DNA of 64,000 bases, taken from the NCBI GenBank assembly GCA_019056785.1, contig DXJV01000059.1:32001-96000 (forward strand). The letters are read 5' to 3'. Below, piece after piece: positions 20,205 through 30,241 of this stretch. Position 1 is the stretch's first letter, and each line of letters opens with the position of its first letter. The notes beneath the pieces were generated by a model. The model searched no databases and was not told the DNA's origin. It saw only the letters and a program-made list of their open reading frames with translations. Both the position numbers and the translations under genes were made by a program. This DNA comes from Candidatus Heimdallarchaeota archaeon (lineage in GTDB: Archaea > Asgardarchaeota > Heimdallarchaeia > JABLTI01).

Positions 20205-23015
20205 TCATGTAATTTTTAATAATTTTAATTCAAACGGCTTAAATTTCAAGTTAAAATTACCGTTTGTGATTGTTAGTGTTTTTTTACAAACACCTTCAAT
20301 GGTTTTTTCCTCACACTTTTGGAATTTTGCAACTGTTGTAATTGGTAGTTCTACAGGGTTTTGATCAATATTATAAAGCAAAACAGTCAGTGCATTGTCA
20401 CGAATGCGCAGTGAGGAAATCTTGATCATTGATTCCTTAAAACTAATGAGGGGTTTCTGGAGCTTACTAACAAGTGTATTGTTAACAAAAGGATAGCTAA
20501 CCGGTGGAAGGGCGAAACTTTCTGCAGCATTTACTGTTTCATTTATAGGCATCTCTTTTGCATGAATTAACAAGCTATATTCGAATGTGTATTCTTTGTG
20601 AAGCTCTTGTGCTCCGGGCGTTTCTAGAAATGGTCCTGCATGCATCGGTCTCTCTGGGAAGTCTTGTCTCGAGAGAAAACCAACGGCTCGAATTAACGTT
20701 AGCGCCAATTTTTGTTTGTGTACTAATTCAACTTCTGGGAGCCCTTTATTAAATAATGAGAAAGCTGCTTGAGTTTTGGGGTCTTCAATTCGAATAAATC
20801 TTTTTTGCGGTTGGATTCCTGATGGCTGTTCCGCAAATTCCTCGAGTGAAACGGGTTCTCCTTGCCTTTCAATGAAACCAAAATGAGTGGAAGTTTTTGT
20901 GGTTGGGCTTTCAAAAGGCAATGGGAAACAAATGCGAAGACGATGGTCCTTTGCAGTATTTGTTAGTGTTATAGTAATGTCGATTCGTGGGAGGTCCCGA
21001 TAAAAACGAAAAGTGGTAGAAACAGGAATAATCGCCTTACCAGAACGTTTTGTTCTGTCCTCACTTAATTCAGCATAAACTTTGAGAAGCATTGTTTGTT
21101 CAATTTCTGCGAAAAGCGGTCCGACAGTTTTTAGTTTACGATGAACTTTTACCGCTCGTGCCTTGTCAGGTTTTACAGCGCTAAAAGTGTACTCATCCCC
21201 CCGGTCGCCAAGATCCTCGAAGGCATGTTGATTTGTGAAAAGAACGTTTCTTTGCTTGTCAAAAAGTGAAAATGTTCCATTGCGATTGAATTTTACCCAG
21301 TAGAATTTATTCGAAATGCTATTTTTTGTAACGGTTAATTTTTCCTTGAGGGTTTTCTTGGTTGGTTGATCGCTTAAAAGTAATTTTTCATAACTCCAAG
21401 GTCGTAATGGTACGAGAGCAAGATAAGAGCGTTGAGAACCCAGGGTTGCTTTTACATGAAATTTTTTATATTTGCCAGAGTCAACAAGGGCGAGCACTTT
21501 CTCCTTTAGTTTTTGCGTGTTAAGTTCTCCGATCAGCTTTTTACCAAGAATCATGGTAATATGGTAAAGAGTGGGATCAGCAACATCTTCTGCAAAGAAC
21601 ACTTCATTAAGGTAAACATCCATCAACTTTCTCCCAGGGAGCATTTTTATCCCGGTTTTGATGAAAAAGGGTTTGAAATTATTTTCAAACAGAATCTCTT
21701 CTGATGAGCTAATTGGCTGAACGGGAAATTCCTCGCCATTGGTTGTGAAGACTTTTTTCACGTTCATTTTTACAGGGGCTTTAAATCGAATCAAGCTGGG
21801 AGATGTGCCATTGTTTGAAGGGTTATAAGTTAGAAGGGAAGTACTGTTTTCAGTGGCTTTCTTCTGCAATTTTTCTTCCAATGACTCAAAAAGGCCTGAA
21901 CAAATACTTTCAGCCCACGAAAAGCGACTAATCATTTCATTATGTGTTTGGTCAACACTACAACCACATATGGAGTCATGGGGCTGATTTTTCAAAAACC
22001 AATTCCAAGCAAGTTCAATGAGGTTCTTTGGATAGTCGAGTATTTCAGCTAGCTTGAGAATTGTAAATTGTGGCTCGAGATAGTGGACCAGCAAATCTTC
22101 TATCTTGGCATTCCAAAGTTTAATCCACATCCGAGTAGAATAAGTATCTTGTAAAAGTGGTGCGCGAGCAGAAGAACGAAATTCGCCGGCATAAATATCC
22201 AATTGGACTTGTTCTTCAGTAATCCTTTCGTCCAGTTTTCGTATATACTCTTCCAAAAGCGACAGGTGTATCTTCATTCCTTTAATTTTCACTTTAGGAA
22301 GATTGGTGATAAGTGATTTGTTTGGAAATTGATGGTCAGTGCCATTCATTAGCAAAAAGAGGGGGAGAGGGGAGAAAGGTTCGAGATCTCGAACAATGCC
22401 GGAAATATCATTAGGAAGGACCGAAAGCTCACTTGAAAGATAGGCTGCATTTCCATAGCTAAAAGGGAGGTAATTCACTTTAATTATCGTTTCGGCTTTC
22501 GGGTGGCATTTCCAGAAGAAAGGCACTTTGGTAATCTCATTGCCAACGCCACGCCAGATAACAGCCCACCGAAGGGTAGTTAAATCACCTAAAAGTTGTG
22601 GTATTGCTCGAGTGTGTCCGAATTGATCAGGCAAATAACCAACATTCATTAGAGGGATCTGATACTTTTGACTAAGAGTAAGAGCGAATTCTAAATTTCT
22701 CACAAAACTCTCCTGACCAATTAACCATTCGTCAGGGAGAAGATACCAGGGGCCGACAGCAACCTTTCCGGCACGAATAACCTCAAGAAACTGTTCCTTG
22801 TGTTCTGGCTTCACTTCGAAAAAGTCTTCAAGTATGATTGTTTGTCCATCAAAAGTAAATGAGTAATCATTCTCTTCTAAAATCTCTAACAAGTCTTCAA
22901 TAAGCTCTACGAGTTTTAAACGAAACTCTTGAAACGGTTTATACCATTCACGATCCCAGTGGGTAGAAGGAACAATAAAGACTTCTTTCATAGCATTGGC
23001 TTTTTTTCCGGTCAA
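20205..23015 (-). CDS. Glycoside hydrolase family 38 (alpha-mannosidase/mannosylglycerate hydrolase-like)
   Basis: THWDREWY; FDGQ; GPWY..PDE; YLPDQFGH; NGTDHQ; NQPHDSICGCSVD; DHRLR. Confidence 0.93.
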   Translation of the reverse strand: MTGKKANAMKEVFIVPSTHWDREWYKPFQEFRLKLVELIEDLLEILEENDYSFTFDGQTIILEDFFEVKPEHKEQFLEVIRAGKVAVGPWYLLPDEWLIGQESFVRNLEFALTLSQKYQIPLMNVGYLPDQFGHTRAIPQLLGDLTTLRWAVIWRGVGNEITKVPFFWKCHPKAETIIKVNYLPFSYGNAAYLSSELSVLPNDISGIVRDLEPFSPLPLFLLMNGTDHQFPNKSLITNLPKVKIKGMKIHLSLLEEYIRKLDERITEEQVQLDIYAGEFRSSARAPLLQDTYSTRMWIKLWNAKIEDLLVHYLEPQFTILKLAEILDYPKNLIELAWNWFLKNQPHDSICGCSVDQTHNEMISRFSWAESICSGLFESLEEKLQKKATENSTSLLTYNPSNNGTSPSLIRFKAPVKMNVKKVFTTNGEEFPVQPISSSEEILFENNFKPFFIKTGIKMLPGRKLMDVYLNEVFFAEDVADPTLYHITMILGKKLIGELNTQKLKEKVLALVDSGKYKKFHVKATLGSQRSYLALVPLRPWSYEKLLLSDQPTKKTLKEKLTVTKNSISNKFYWVKFNRNGTFSLFDKQRNVLFTNQHAFEDLGDRGDEYTFSAVKPDKARAVKVHRKLKTVGPLFAEIEQTMLLKVYAELSEDRTKRSGKAIIPVSTTFRFYRDLPRIDITITLTNTAKDHRLRICFPLPFESPTTKTSTHFGFIERQGEPVSLEEFAEQPSGIQPQKRFIRIEDPKTQAAFSLFNKGLPEVELVHKQKLALTLIRAVGFLSRQDFPERPMHAGPFLETPGAQELHKEYTFEYSLLIHAKEMPINETVNAAESFALPPVSYPFVNNTLVSKLQKPLISFKESMIKISSLRIRDNALTVLLYNIDQNPVELPITTVAKFQKCEEKTIEGVCKKTLTITNGNFNLKFKPFELKLLKIT

Positions 23016-23098
23016 TTTTTCCTACCTTGGTGTGTGTAAAATATGCTGCTATTTGTCTTAAATGTTCTTGTAGAAAAAAGAATTTGTGGCTATAGAAG

Positions 23099-24220
23099 TT
23101 ATTCAAATCTATTGCCACAATAGGGGCAAAATTTGATTGTCTCGGAGAGCGATATACCGCAGTAAGGACAGATTGGTGTTTCAGTAGATATTATTGAACT
23201 TTCATTTGTTTGTTCCTTTTCTTTCGCTTCTTTTTCATCCTCAAGGTTGCTCAATTCGTTTTCAGAGTGTGATGGACCTGAAGTTATGTCTGTTGATGGA
23301 GAAGAGAGCGCTTTATTTGCTGTTGCTAATAACTTTGCTCGTCTCAAGAATTCATGTAATTGCAAATTTGTAGGTTCAAACATTACTGCTTTGCTTAAAT
23401 AGGCACATGCCTTATTATATTCCTTGAGATAGAAGTAACACAATCCTGCCCCTGTAAGAGCAGAAGAAATATTAGGGTTAAATGAAAGTACTTGTCGCCA
23501 AAGATTCAATGCCCCTCTAAAGTTTCCTCTATCCATTTCAATAACAGCCTGGTTCATTAAGAATGTTATTGATGCATTATTAGAATAAATTGTCTGGAAA
23601 CCGCCATAGCTTTGTTGCCCCATCATCGGATAAGCAGGCGCGGCCTTTTGTTTCCTAGAGTGGCGAACTGCAAAGATGACTATTCCGGAGATGAGAGCTA
23701 TGCCAACAATAGGAAGCCCAATTGCCAATCCCCAAGGAAAGTCGTCGCTACTGCCACCGCCTGAGGAAGGTGCGCCCATTTCAACAATAGACGCAGTGAA
23801 AGAAATCGTTGTGGTTTTGTAGCCTATATTCCAAAAGGTAATGGCCCAAACATCTGTATGGGGAAAACGAACGGTGCTGTAGTGCGATGATGCCGTACAA
23901 AGAACATGTTCCTCACAAGGGAGATTATTCTGCCAAGCATCAACCTCATCGCTTGGAATGAGAGTAACCTGTACGGTACAGCCAGGGTTGGTACTGAAAG
24001 AATACGAAATGCCGTACGATGAGCTAAAAGAACTTGTAGTTTCTAAAATAAGGAATTGCTCATGTTCTAAGACCTCACTGTCTAAAATTTCCATTAAGAT
24101 TACAGGAGAAGCAGCTGCTTTTGCCTTTGTTTGTTTAATGTTTGAAACCAAAAAAACAAATCCCCAAGTAAGAAAAATACAAAGAACTATCACTCTTATT
24201 TCATGTAAATATTTTCTCAT
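23099..24220 (-). CDS. Single-pass membrane protein with extracellular beta-sandwich, cytoplasmic TPRs and C-terminal zinc ribbon
   Basis: Signal peptide; TM GLAIGLPIVGIALISGIVIFAV; two TPRs; CPYCG..FCPYCG. Confidence 0.8.
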   Translation of the reverse strand: MRKYLHEIRVIVLCIFLTWGFVFLVSNIKQTKAKAAASPVILMEILDSEVLEHEQFLILETTSSFSSSYGISYSFSTNPGCTVQVTLIPSDEVDAWQNNLPCEEHVLCTASSHYSTVRFPHTDVWAITFWNIGYKTTTISFTASIVEMGAPSSGGGSSDDFPWGLAIGLPIVGIALISGIVIFAVRHSRKQKAAPAYPMMGQQSYGGFQTIYSNNASITFLMNQAVIEMDRGNFRGALNLWRQVLSFNPNISSALTGAGLCYFYLKEYNKACAYLSKAVMFEPTNLQLHEFLRRAKLLATANKALSSPSTDITSGPSHSENELSNLEDEKEAKEKEQTNESSIISTETPICPYCGISLSETIKFCPYCGNRFE

Positions 24221-24368
24221 ATCTTTCCAAACCTGATTAAAAGAAGAGAGCTCAGTTTCTTCTTTTTATCCTCTTCCACAAACATCTTACTTTTTTATAA
24301 GATATTAATGGTTATTTTTAATTAGAAATTTGAGTTTTTCTATTTAAAGTTACAAAAAAAGAAAAAGT

Positions 24369-25193
24369 TTAATCGCTTTTCTGTTGCTGATGTAGTCGTT
24401 TCTCTTTCAAGAGATTGCGAGAACAGATATATGCAGTATAATGTTGAGGGCGACTAAAGCCCAATTTTAAAGCAAATCGGGTGGAGATTTCACTATCAGA
24501 ATCGAAATGCAATTTAATCCCTCGCTCCAAACATTCTCCTATTAATGCTGTTGCTGCAATGGTAGCAAATCCCTTGCGGCGATAATTAGGGTCAGGGTCA
24601 GTCACAACGAGCAGGTTAAATTCATCATCATAAATGGGCATTGCCGAAGCAGCAATGCTTACTACTAACTTTTTTTCGTCGTGAATAATACAATAGCCCA
24701 TCCCTCGCTCTATGAAATCAGCTGGCGACTTGTAAAAAGGTAAGATTGTTGGGGCAATTTTCGGATTGATGTTTTCGAGGATTTCATAAGAAATTTTCTT
24801 CAAGCTATACCCTTTTGGTAATTCCTTTTTGTGTAATTTTCTGTTCGCCTTTAGTAGGTTACTTTTTCGGGATAAAAATTTCGTTCTCGGAAAAGCCGTT
24901 AAAATCAGGTGTTTCCTTGCTAAGCGCAACCAGAAATCATTCGGAAAGAGTAAAAGTTTATTTTCTGAGATTTTGGCTATAACTTCCTTAGCATTTTTAT
25001 TCCGGCTCAACCCCCCGACGAATTCCATTACCTTGTAGGTTAATAGGGCGACTTTTGGTCGAGCTAAATTGTCCACAAGAATAACCCCTGTTTGATCCTT
25101 TAGGATGGTTTTAATCATGACGCGTAAAAATCTGTGTTTGTTAAACATTGTGAGAAGCTCAGCATGCCGTTCAGGGGGGAATTCGCTTAGCAT
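24369..25193 (-). CDS. GNAT-family acetyltransferase
   Basis: TDP..YRRKGFAT motif A; S..FALKLGF motif B. Confidence 0.85.
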   Translation of the reverse strand: MLSEFPPERHAELLTMFNKHRFLRVMIKTILKDQTGVILVDNLARPKVALLTYKVMEFVGGLSRNKNAKEVIAKISENKLLLFPNDFWLRLARKHLILTAFPRTKFLSRKSNLLKANRKLHKKELPKGYSLKKISYEILENINPKIAPTILPFYKSPADFIERGMGYCIIHDEKKLVVSIAASAMPIYDDEFNLLVVTDPDPNYRRKGFATIAATALIGECLERGIKLHFDSDSEISTRFALKLGFSRPQHYTAYICSRNLLKEKRLHQQQKSD

Positions 25194-25275
25194 TCATAAC
25201 ACCAAACAACAGCTAACAAGAAAAAGAGCTTAAAAAAGCTATTTATTTAGTTTTAATTACTTTTTTTTGAGTATT

Positions 25276-26979
25276 TTACCAGCGCTTTTTTTCTGCTTCT
25301 CGTGACTTTCTTTTATCCTGTGGAAAGTCAACCAGCGCGACAGTTTCGCCATATTTGGTGATAGACTTTCGCTCTCTAAATTTAACCAGAATGGGGATTC
25401 GTAAAGCAGCACCCGTTAGAACACCTGTTCCTCGTTCCAGATAGGGGAGCAATCCCAAGTATCGGGTAGCAAATCCTGCAAGAATGTCTTTGGCGACTAA
25501 AAGATCTGATTGTTCTGTGATACGGAAAATTAATTTCGAATTGCATTGCGAAAGAATGTCTCTATCGAGTCCACTGGGTCTTTGACTAACAATGCCTAAG
25601 CCGGCTCCCATTTTTCGTCCTTCTCGGGCAAACCATTCAATAGCTTTCTTTGTTGGGGATTCACCTATGGGAATAAATCGATGCGCTTCCTCTATTAAGA
25701 GAAAGACCCTTTGGATATCTTTAATTTCCATTGATCTTCGCAGCCGGTTAAGATAACTCGAAACGAAGATTCTTCGCGCTCGCTCATCAAGCATGGGTTG
25801 GCTTACATCTAAAATTGTTGCTTGTTCAGGCGAAAAATGACTTTTCACACTTGTTAAACTTGCGAGTTCTTTCGTCTTATCACTTGTTTCTCTTCGACGA
25901 TATTTTTCATCAAATTCTTGAATGATTTGACCGGAATAATGACAAATTGCTCCATTAAGCTCTGTGAAGAACCCCATTTTGCGAAAGACTTCCAGTTTTC
26001 GTACTATGGGTTTTCGGCTAGCACCATCAATAATGCCATTTTCAATTCCAAAGCCTAGAAAACCATCGATATCATAGCAAATTGCATTTCCCAAAGAATC
26101 ACGGATATCATACCAGGTATTCTCGATCTTTTCTTTTTGGGTGTGGGTCAAGTCATACATAAAGCTAAACATTTCAGAGGTGCTAATTTCACTAAAGAGC
26201 ATGGTTATTGGTTCAATGGAGAGATTGACGTCTAATTTCTTTGCCATTTTTTGCATGTCTTGGAAATAGCGAGGTGGATATTTATTGGGATAAAGAACTT
26301 TTACAAAATATTTGGGTAGGGAATTGTCTCCTTTTGGTCCTACTGTTTGTGATAGCCCCCAATATTCACCATGGGGGTCAACAATTAACGAAGGGAGCCC
26401 AAACTCTGCAAACTCTTCAATAATAACTCCTGCAGCATACGATTTCCCGCTGCCTCGAGAGCCAAAAATCGCCAAACCATCTGAGCCCAAGACATTCGGA
26501 TTTAACTTTACAGGGATCTCTCCTGAATGTTCAGCAAAATAGCCAATAAACATTTCCCCCCGTTCTTTCCCAAAAACAGCCAACTCGAGTAATTCGTCAT
26601 TACATTCAAAAACCATCGACCCGGGGGAAATCCACGCATTTGGTGTTGTAATGTTCATTTTATCCGGAGCAATACTCGAAACCAGGACAATGTCAATTAT
26701 ATGAAATTCTGTAAATTCTAACATTGCACGTGATTCTAACGAACGTCGTAATCGATCCATCCAAAATTTGGCATACCGTTCATCACTCAATTGCGGGTTT
26801 ACAGCACGAATGTTCATAACGCGTCCAATAATTGTTTGTCCCGTTGCAAGAGGGATACTTACAAAATTCCCTTCGACAATGTCTTCATGCTCAACATTTT
26901 CATCGAGCCTGACAAGTAAGGTATCTTGCTCTGTTGATGCACCAAGAACGAAACCAATTTTTTTTGCCCGGGAATTCAC
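25276..26979 (-). CDS. HerA-like ATPase/DNA translocase (HAS barrel plus DUF87)
   Basis: N-terminal HAS barrel (IGFV..GNFV..IIGRV); Walker A GSRGSGKS; DPHGEY; Walker B IEEAHRF; REGRK.G; SQRPS; probable GTG start 26979 (ORF track 27006). Confidence 0.9.
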   Translation of the reverse strand: MNSRAKKIGFVLGASTEQDTLLVRLDENVEHEDIVEGNFVSIPLATGQTIIGRVMNIRAVNPQLSDERYAKFWMDRLRRSLESRAMLEFTEFHIIDIVLVSSIAPDKMNITTPNAWISPGSMVFECNDELLELAVFGKERGEMFIGYFAEHSGEIPVKLNPNVLGSDGLAIFGSRGSGKSYAAGVIIEEFAEFGLPSLIVDPHGEYWGLSQTVGPKGDNSLPKYFVKVLYPNKYPPRYFQDMQKMAKKLDVNLSIEPITMLFSEISTSEMFSFMYDLTHTQKEKIENTWYDIRDSLGNAICYDIDGFLGFGIENGIIDGASRKPIVRKLEVFRKMGFFTELNGAICHYSGQIIQEFDEKYRRRETSDKTKELASLTSVKSHFSPEQATILDVSQPMLDERARRIFVSSYLNRLRRSMEIKDIQRVFLLIEEAHRFIPIGESPTKKAIEWFAREGRKMGAGLGIVSQRPSGLDRDILSQCNSKLIFRITEQSDLLVAKDILAGFATRYLGLLPYLERGTGVLTGAALRIPILVKFRERKSITKYGETVALVDFPQDKRKSREAEKKRW

Positions 26980-27070
26980 TATGGAAACCTTCCAATTACA
27001 AAACAATACCTTTGCTGTTTAAAATTATTTTTTCAATATTTCTAAAAAACACCTCGAAAAAGAGGGAGAA

Positions 27071-27089
27071 AACCGAGAAAAACTCGGTT
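27071..27089 (-). terminator. Hairpin plus T-rich tract ending the Cys-ladder gene cluster
   Basis: Perfect 7-5-7 inverted repeat AACCGAG-N5-CTCGGTT overlapping the stop at 27088-27090, followed on - by TTCTCCCTCTTTT. Confidence 0.6.
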
Positions 27090-27411
27090 ACTTGTAAAAA
27101 ATTGAATAGAAGAACCACTTTATCATTTTCAAAGAGTTCACAAGTGACTCCTTAAAACCAATTCTTCCGGAACCACTGCAGCTATTCTGGCAGCTATTTG
27201 TACATGAATCCGCACATGATTCCCCACATGCACTACAGATGGCATTTGTCAATCCTGTTGCAAGTCCAGTTAATAACAAGACGAAAAAGACAATCACCAG
27301 AACAACAATGATTATTGGCAAAACAATCGCAAAAATGATGATTAAAATCCTCCTGCGACGCTTTTTCTTAGCCTCGAAGTCAGGATCCGGTACTTTAACT
27401 CCTTCGGCCAT
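27088..27411 (-). CDS. Small membrane protein with 6-Cys (xxSC)n ladder; paralogue of 27523..28101
   Basis: KKKRRRR, long TM with LP, CSACGESCADSCTNSCQNSC, C-terminal KWFFYSIF helix; AGGTTGA RBS-like sequence. Confidence 0.8.
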   Translation of the reverse strand: MAEGVKVPDPDFEAKKKRRRRILIIIFAIVLPIIIVVLVIVFFVLLLTGLATGLTNAICSACGESCADSCTNSCQNSCSGSGRIGFKESLVNSLKMIKWFFYSIFYK

Positions 27412-27522
27412 TTAAATCAACCTTTTTATATGAGATTAATATGTTTTATTAAATACTAATTTACCCAATAAAAGTATTCTCCTTTTGCACAATCGCTTGG
27501 GAAAAAGGAATGTTTTTCTTCC

Positions 27523-28101
27523 TTATTTGAAGAAAACCCCTATAATCGTGTAAAAAGTCCATTTTAAGAGCTTGATTGAGCTGGAGGTTTTTTCTGCTTG
27601 TTGAATGGTGCTTCCACAATCGCAATTACAACTACTACAAGAATTTGCGCAGCTATCACCGCAATTACAACTAGCATTGCAAGAGTCACTGCATCCCTGG
27701 CAGCAAGAGTCTGAACAAGAATTTATACAAGAGTCAGAACAGTTTTGACAACATTGTGATGAACAACTTTGAAAAGCACCAACTAGAGCGAGAAAGATAA
27801 AGACAAACACACCGATGATGATGAGTAGTGGCAAAACTACTGCAAAAACAATAATGAGGATTATATTTCGCCGTTTTTTCTTTTTTCTCAGCTCGTCTTC
27901 GCTTTCAGGTTGTTGGTCTATTATTGTTCCTTCTAATTGCTCTTCTGGTGGTTCTTGTGATGGGAATTGGTCAACAGGTGTCGTTTCCTCGGCTCCTACC
28001 TTGTCATTTGGCGGAGGAGGAATTTTAGAAAAAGCCTCTTCAGTATCTTTGTAAGGCTCATCGATACCTTCGAAAGCTCCTTCCTCTTTTTTTTCTGCCA
28101 T
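27523..28101 (-). CDS. Membrane protein with 17-Cys ladder
   Basis: Acidic N-terminus, KKKKRR, TM with LP, 17 Cys in about 50 aa, C-terminal KWTFYTII helix. Confidence 0.82.
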   Translation of the reverse strand: MAEKKEEGAFEGIDEPYKDTEEAFSKIPPPPNDKVGAEETTPVDQFPSQEPPEEQLEGTIIDQQPESEDELRKKKKRRNIILIIVFAVVLPLLIIIGVFVFIFLALVGAFQSCSSQCCQNCSDSCINSCSDSCCQGCSDSCNASCNCGDSCANSCSSCNCDCGSTIQQAEKTSSSIKLLKWTFYTIIGVFFK

Positions 28102-28197
28102 AAAAACTCAACTTCTAAGTCCAATACTGAACAAAAATGTGTAAAAATATAAAAAACTATTGTAAATAGTCAGAAGAGAATAATTAAGCTTTTTCTC

Positions 28198-28890
28198 TTA
28201 AGTCTTATTTTCCTTTTTATTTCTCTTTTGTGCGACTTGTTGTCGGGCTTTTTCCAGTTCCTCTTCGACTATTGCATAGACTTTCCGGACGCGGATATTA
28301 GTGTTCCGTTCTGGATCGCAACTATTGTTAAGGTGCAGTGGGCAAGTTCGACATTTCTCGCGATTGGCATTTCTTCCCCTGCTAATACCATATAATTGAT
28401 TTCCGAGAAATAAAAGAGCAAATAGGATTAATCCCAACCACCATCGATGCGGAATAAAAAAGGTTTGAATTATTAACGCAAGATAGGCTCCTATGCCAAA
28501 ACCAGAAACAAAGCGAGAGAAGGCTTTTGTCCATTTATTTTTCAATCCTATCAGACGATGAATGATTGCTAACCCAAATCCTGCAAATGGAAGAGAGGCG
28601 GTCACCCAATAATTGTAACGAAAAATGGTTGGCACAGTAAAAAAAAGCACCGCATAGATAAAAATTGCAGAATAAATCATTGAACAACCAATACAAAAAC
28701 CAAACTCACCAATCCGGAAAAAGTGATCTTCATATTCACTACACATGGGATGGTGGGCTAAAAACTTCCAGGCACGGAGTTTGAAAATCGCCACTTGTGC
28801 ATGAAAAGGAGTGCGTTTTTTTAAATAAACCTCCTCCGAAAGGTAGGGGGTTTTGATTTGTTCCGGTGATTTTTCAGGCAATGCAAACAA
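28198..28890 (-). CDS. DUF2085-like 4-TM membrane protein with His/Cys metal-binding motifs
   Basis: HHPMC....H....G....CIGC..IY; four TMs with R..SG.G.G; C-terminal CRTCP.H....C. Confidence 0.65.
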   Translation of the reverse strand: MFALPEKSPEQIKTPYLSEEVYLKKRTPFHAQVAIFKLRAWKFLAHHPMCSEYEDHFFRIGEFGFCIGCSMIYSAIFIYAVLFFTVPTIFRYNYWVTASLPFAGFGLAIIHRLIGLKNKWTKAFSRFVSGFGIGAYLALIIQTFFIPHRWWLGLILFALLFLGNQLYGISRGRNANREKCRTCPLHLNNSCDPERNTNIRVRKVYAIVEEELEKARQQVAQKRNKKENKT

Positions 28891-29059
28891 CCATTCAATT
28901 GTAATATGAATTTTGAAATAATTGGTTAATGCTCTTAATTAAGATTTTCAAAGATGTAGGGAATTTCCTTTGAGAAAGTAGGGAATATTCCTTTGTTACA
29001 ATAAGACTCATAAAGTAGAAGGACAAATAATAATTGCTTATCAAAAGGATGTGAGATAG

Positions 29060-29284
29060 ATGCCTGCAATTGATCGTTACGCAATTAAATATAGAGATGA
29101 AGTTAAACACTTCAATAATCATGTTGATGCAGTTTCTTACGTTTTGGGTCTCCCTTCAAGCACTGAAAAGATCGAAATTAAAAAATTCGGTAGTTGGCAA
29201 AAAGTCCTTATTTATCTTGAAGGAGAAATAAATGAAATCCAACGCTTAGCTTCAATTGTTCTTTCCTGGGAAAAGAAAGATTAG
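29060..29284 (+). CDS. Small hypothetical protein
   Basis: ATG with purine-rich upstream sequence, protein-like composition, isolated in an intergenic gap, T-rich tract after the stop. Confidence 0.6.
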   Translation: MPAIDRYAIKYRDEVKHFNNHVDAVSYVLGLPSSTEKIEIKKFGSWQKVLIYLEGEINEIQRLASIVLSWEKKD

Positions 29285-29881
29285 CCTTTTTCTCTCTTCA
29301 AGATTTATTCTCTAGCAAATTTCTTCCAGCGATTTTTACTTTGTTTGGTTTTCTCGCACTAGTTTATGTAAGGCAAATATTTCCTAATTTTTTTAACGTA
29401 AGGAATACTCTGGATAAAAAAAAGTCAGGCAAAAACACACCCAGGTTGGATAAGCGTTGTTTCTCTACCAAAGTAAAAAGTGGCGATAAGGCGACCATTT
29501 CAAGCGTCTTGCAAACCTTCTGGGTTTTTAGGTTTACAATATTCTTTCGTGGTCTTTTTCCTTCAGAAATCCCATATAAAAGCATTACTTGACCCTTGCT
29601 TTTATAGGTCTTTTTGAAGGCTTTCTTATCGCCAAGTAAATAATAGCTCTTAATCTTAAAATACCTTTCATAAACATAGCAAAGGCAATTTTGGAAGGTT
29701 TTAACAGAAAAATGACCCCAAAAATAACATCTCGGTGTTAATTTTTTGGGGAAAGGTAAAACTCGTTTGGTTATTCCTATTTCGCTCCTATCAATTTATT
29801 TATTTTCTTAGTCATTTTCTTTTTAAGTCGAAGCGATTACACACACAAAACAACAGATACTTTTGGATGTTTGAAACAAAA

Positions 29882-30190
29882 ATGAAGAGAAGATTATACA
29901 ATATTGACCCGAAAGAATTAATCCTCCGGGATCATCTTGCAATTGACCGGACTAAGCTGGCTAATGAACGCAATTTCCTGGCATTTGTACGAACTGCCCT
30001 TGCCTTTGTTGCGGGTGGTTTTGGGCTAATAAAGTTTGTCGATGAGCTTGCGTATATTGTTATTGGTTGGATCCTTGTGGGAATTGGAGCTATTGTTCTC
30101 GGTTTTGGTTTCTATCGTTACCTTAAATTCAAAAAAGTCATTGACAGTATGCAACATCCAGAAGAAGAAAGTACAACAACCTCAAATTAA
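29882..30190 (+). CDS. DUF202/YidH-family membrane protein
   Basis: LRDHLAIDRTKLANERNFLAFVRTALA signature plus 2 TMs; start probably ATG 29882 or 29867 rather than 29735. Confidence 0.9.
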   Translation: MKRRLYNIDPKELILRDHLAIDRTKLANERNFLAFVRTALAFVAGGFGLIKFVDELAYIVIGWILVGIGAIVLGFGFYRYLKFKKVIDSMQHPEEESTTTSN

Positions 30191-30241
30191 TGAGTATAAC
30201 AACAAAAACAAAAAGAAAAGGGAAAGGAACGTTTGTTCCCT

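Noticed and set aside
25276-27089. HerA as the fourth member or export ATPase of the Cys-ladder cluster
   Set aside because: A hairpin/T-tract terminator and a separate TTTTAAA box lie between them, and the HAS barrel indicates a DNA-translocase-type HerA. Synteny would be needed to link them.
27088-28101. Classical ranthipeptide/sactipeptide or lanthipeptide cluster
   Set aside because: No radical SAM, YcaO, LanB/C/M, peptidase or transporter nearby; kept only as one hypothesis.
28198-28890. DHHC palmitoyltransferase (HH...CIG resemblance)
   Set aside because: No D-H-H-C tetrad, the spacing is wrong and the motif precedes the first TM; DUF2085-like fits better.
29285-29735. ORFs 29341..29592 and 29364..29585 and a 10-bp inverted repeat (TGGCGATAAG at 29481 / CTTATCGCCA near 29626) as a MITE
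   Set aside because: The repeat is too short, there is no target-site duplication or second copy, and the ORFs look non-coding.
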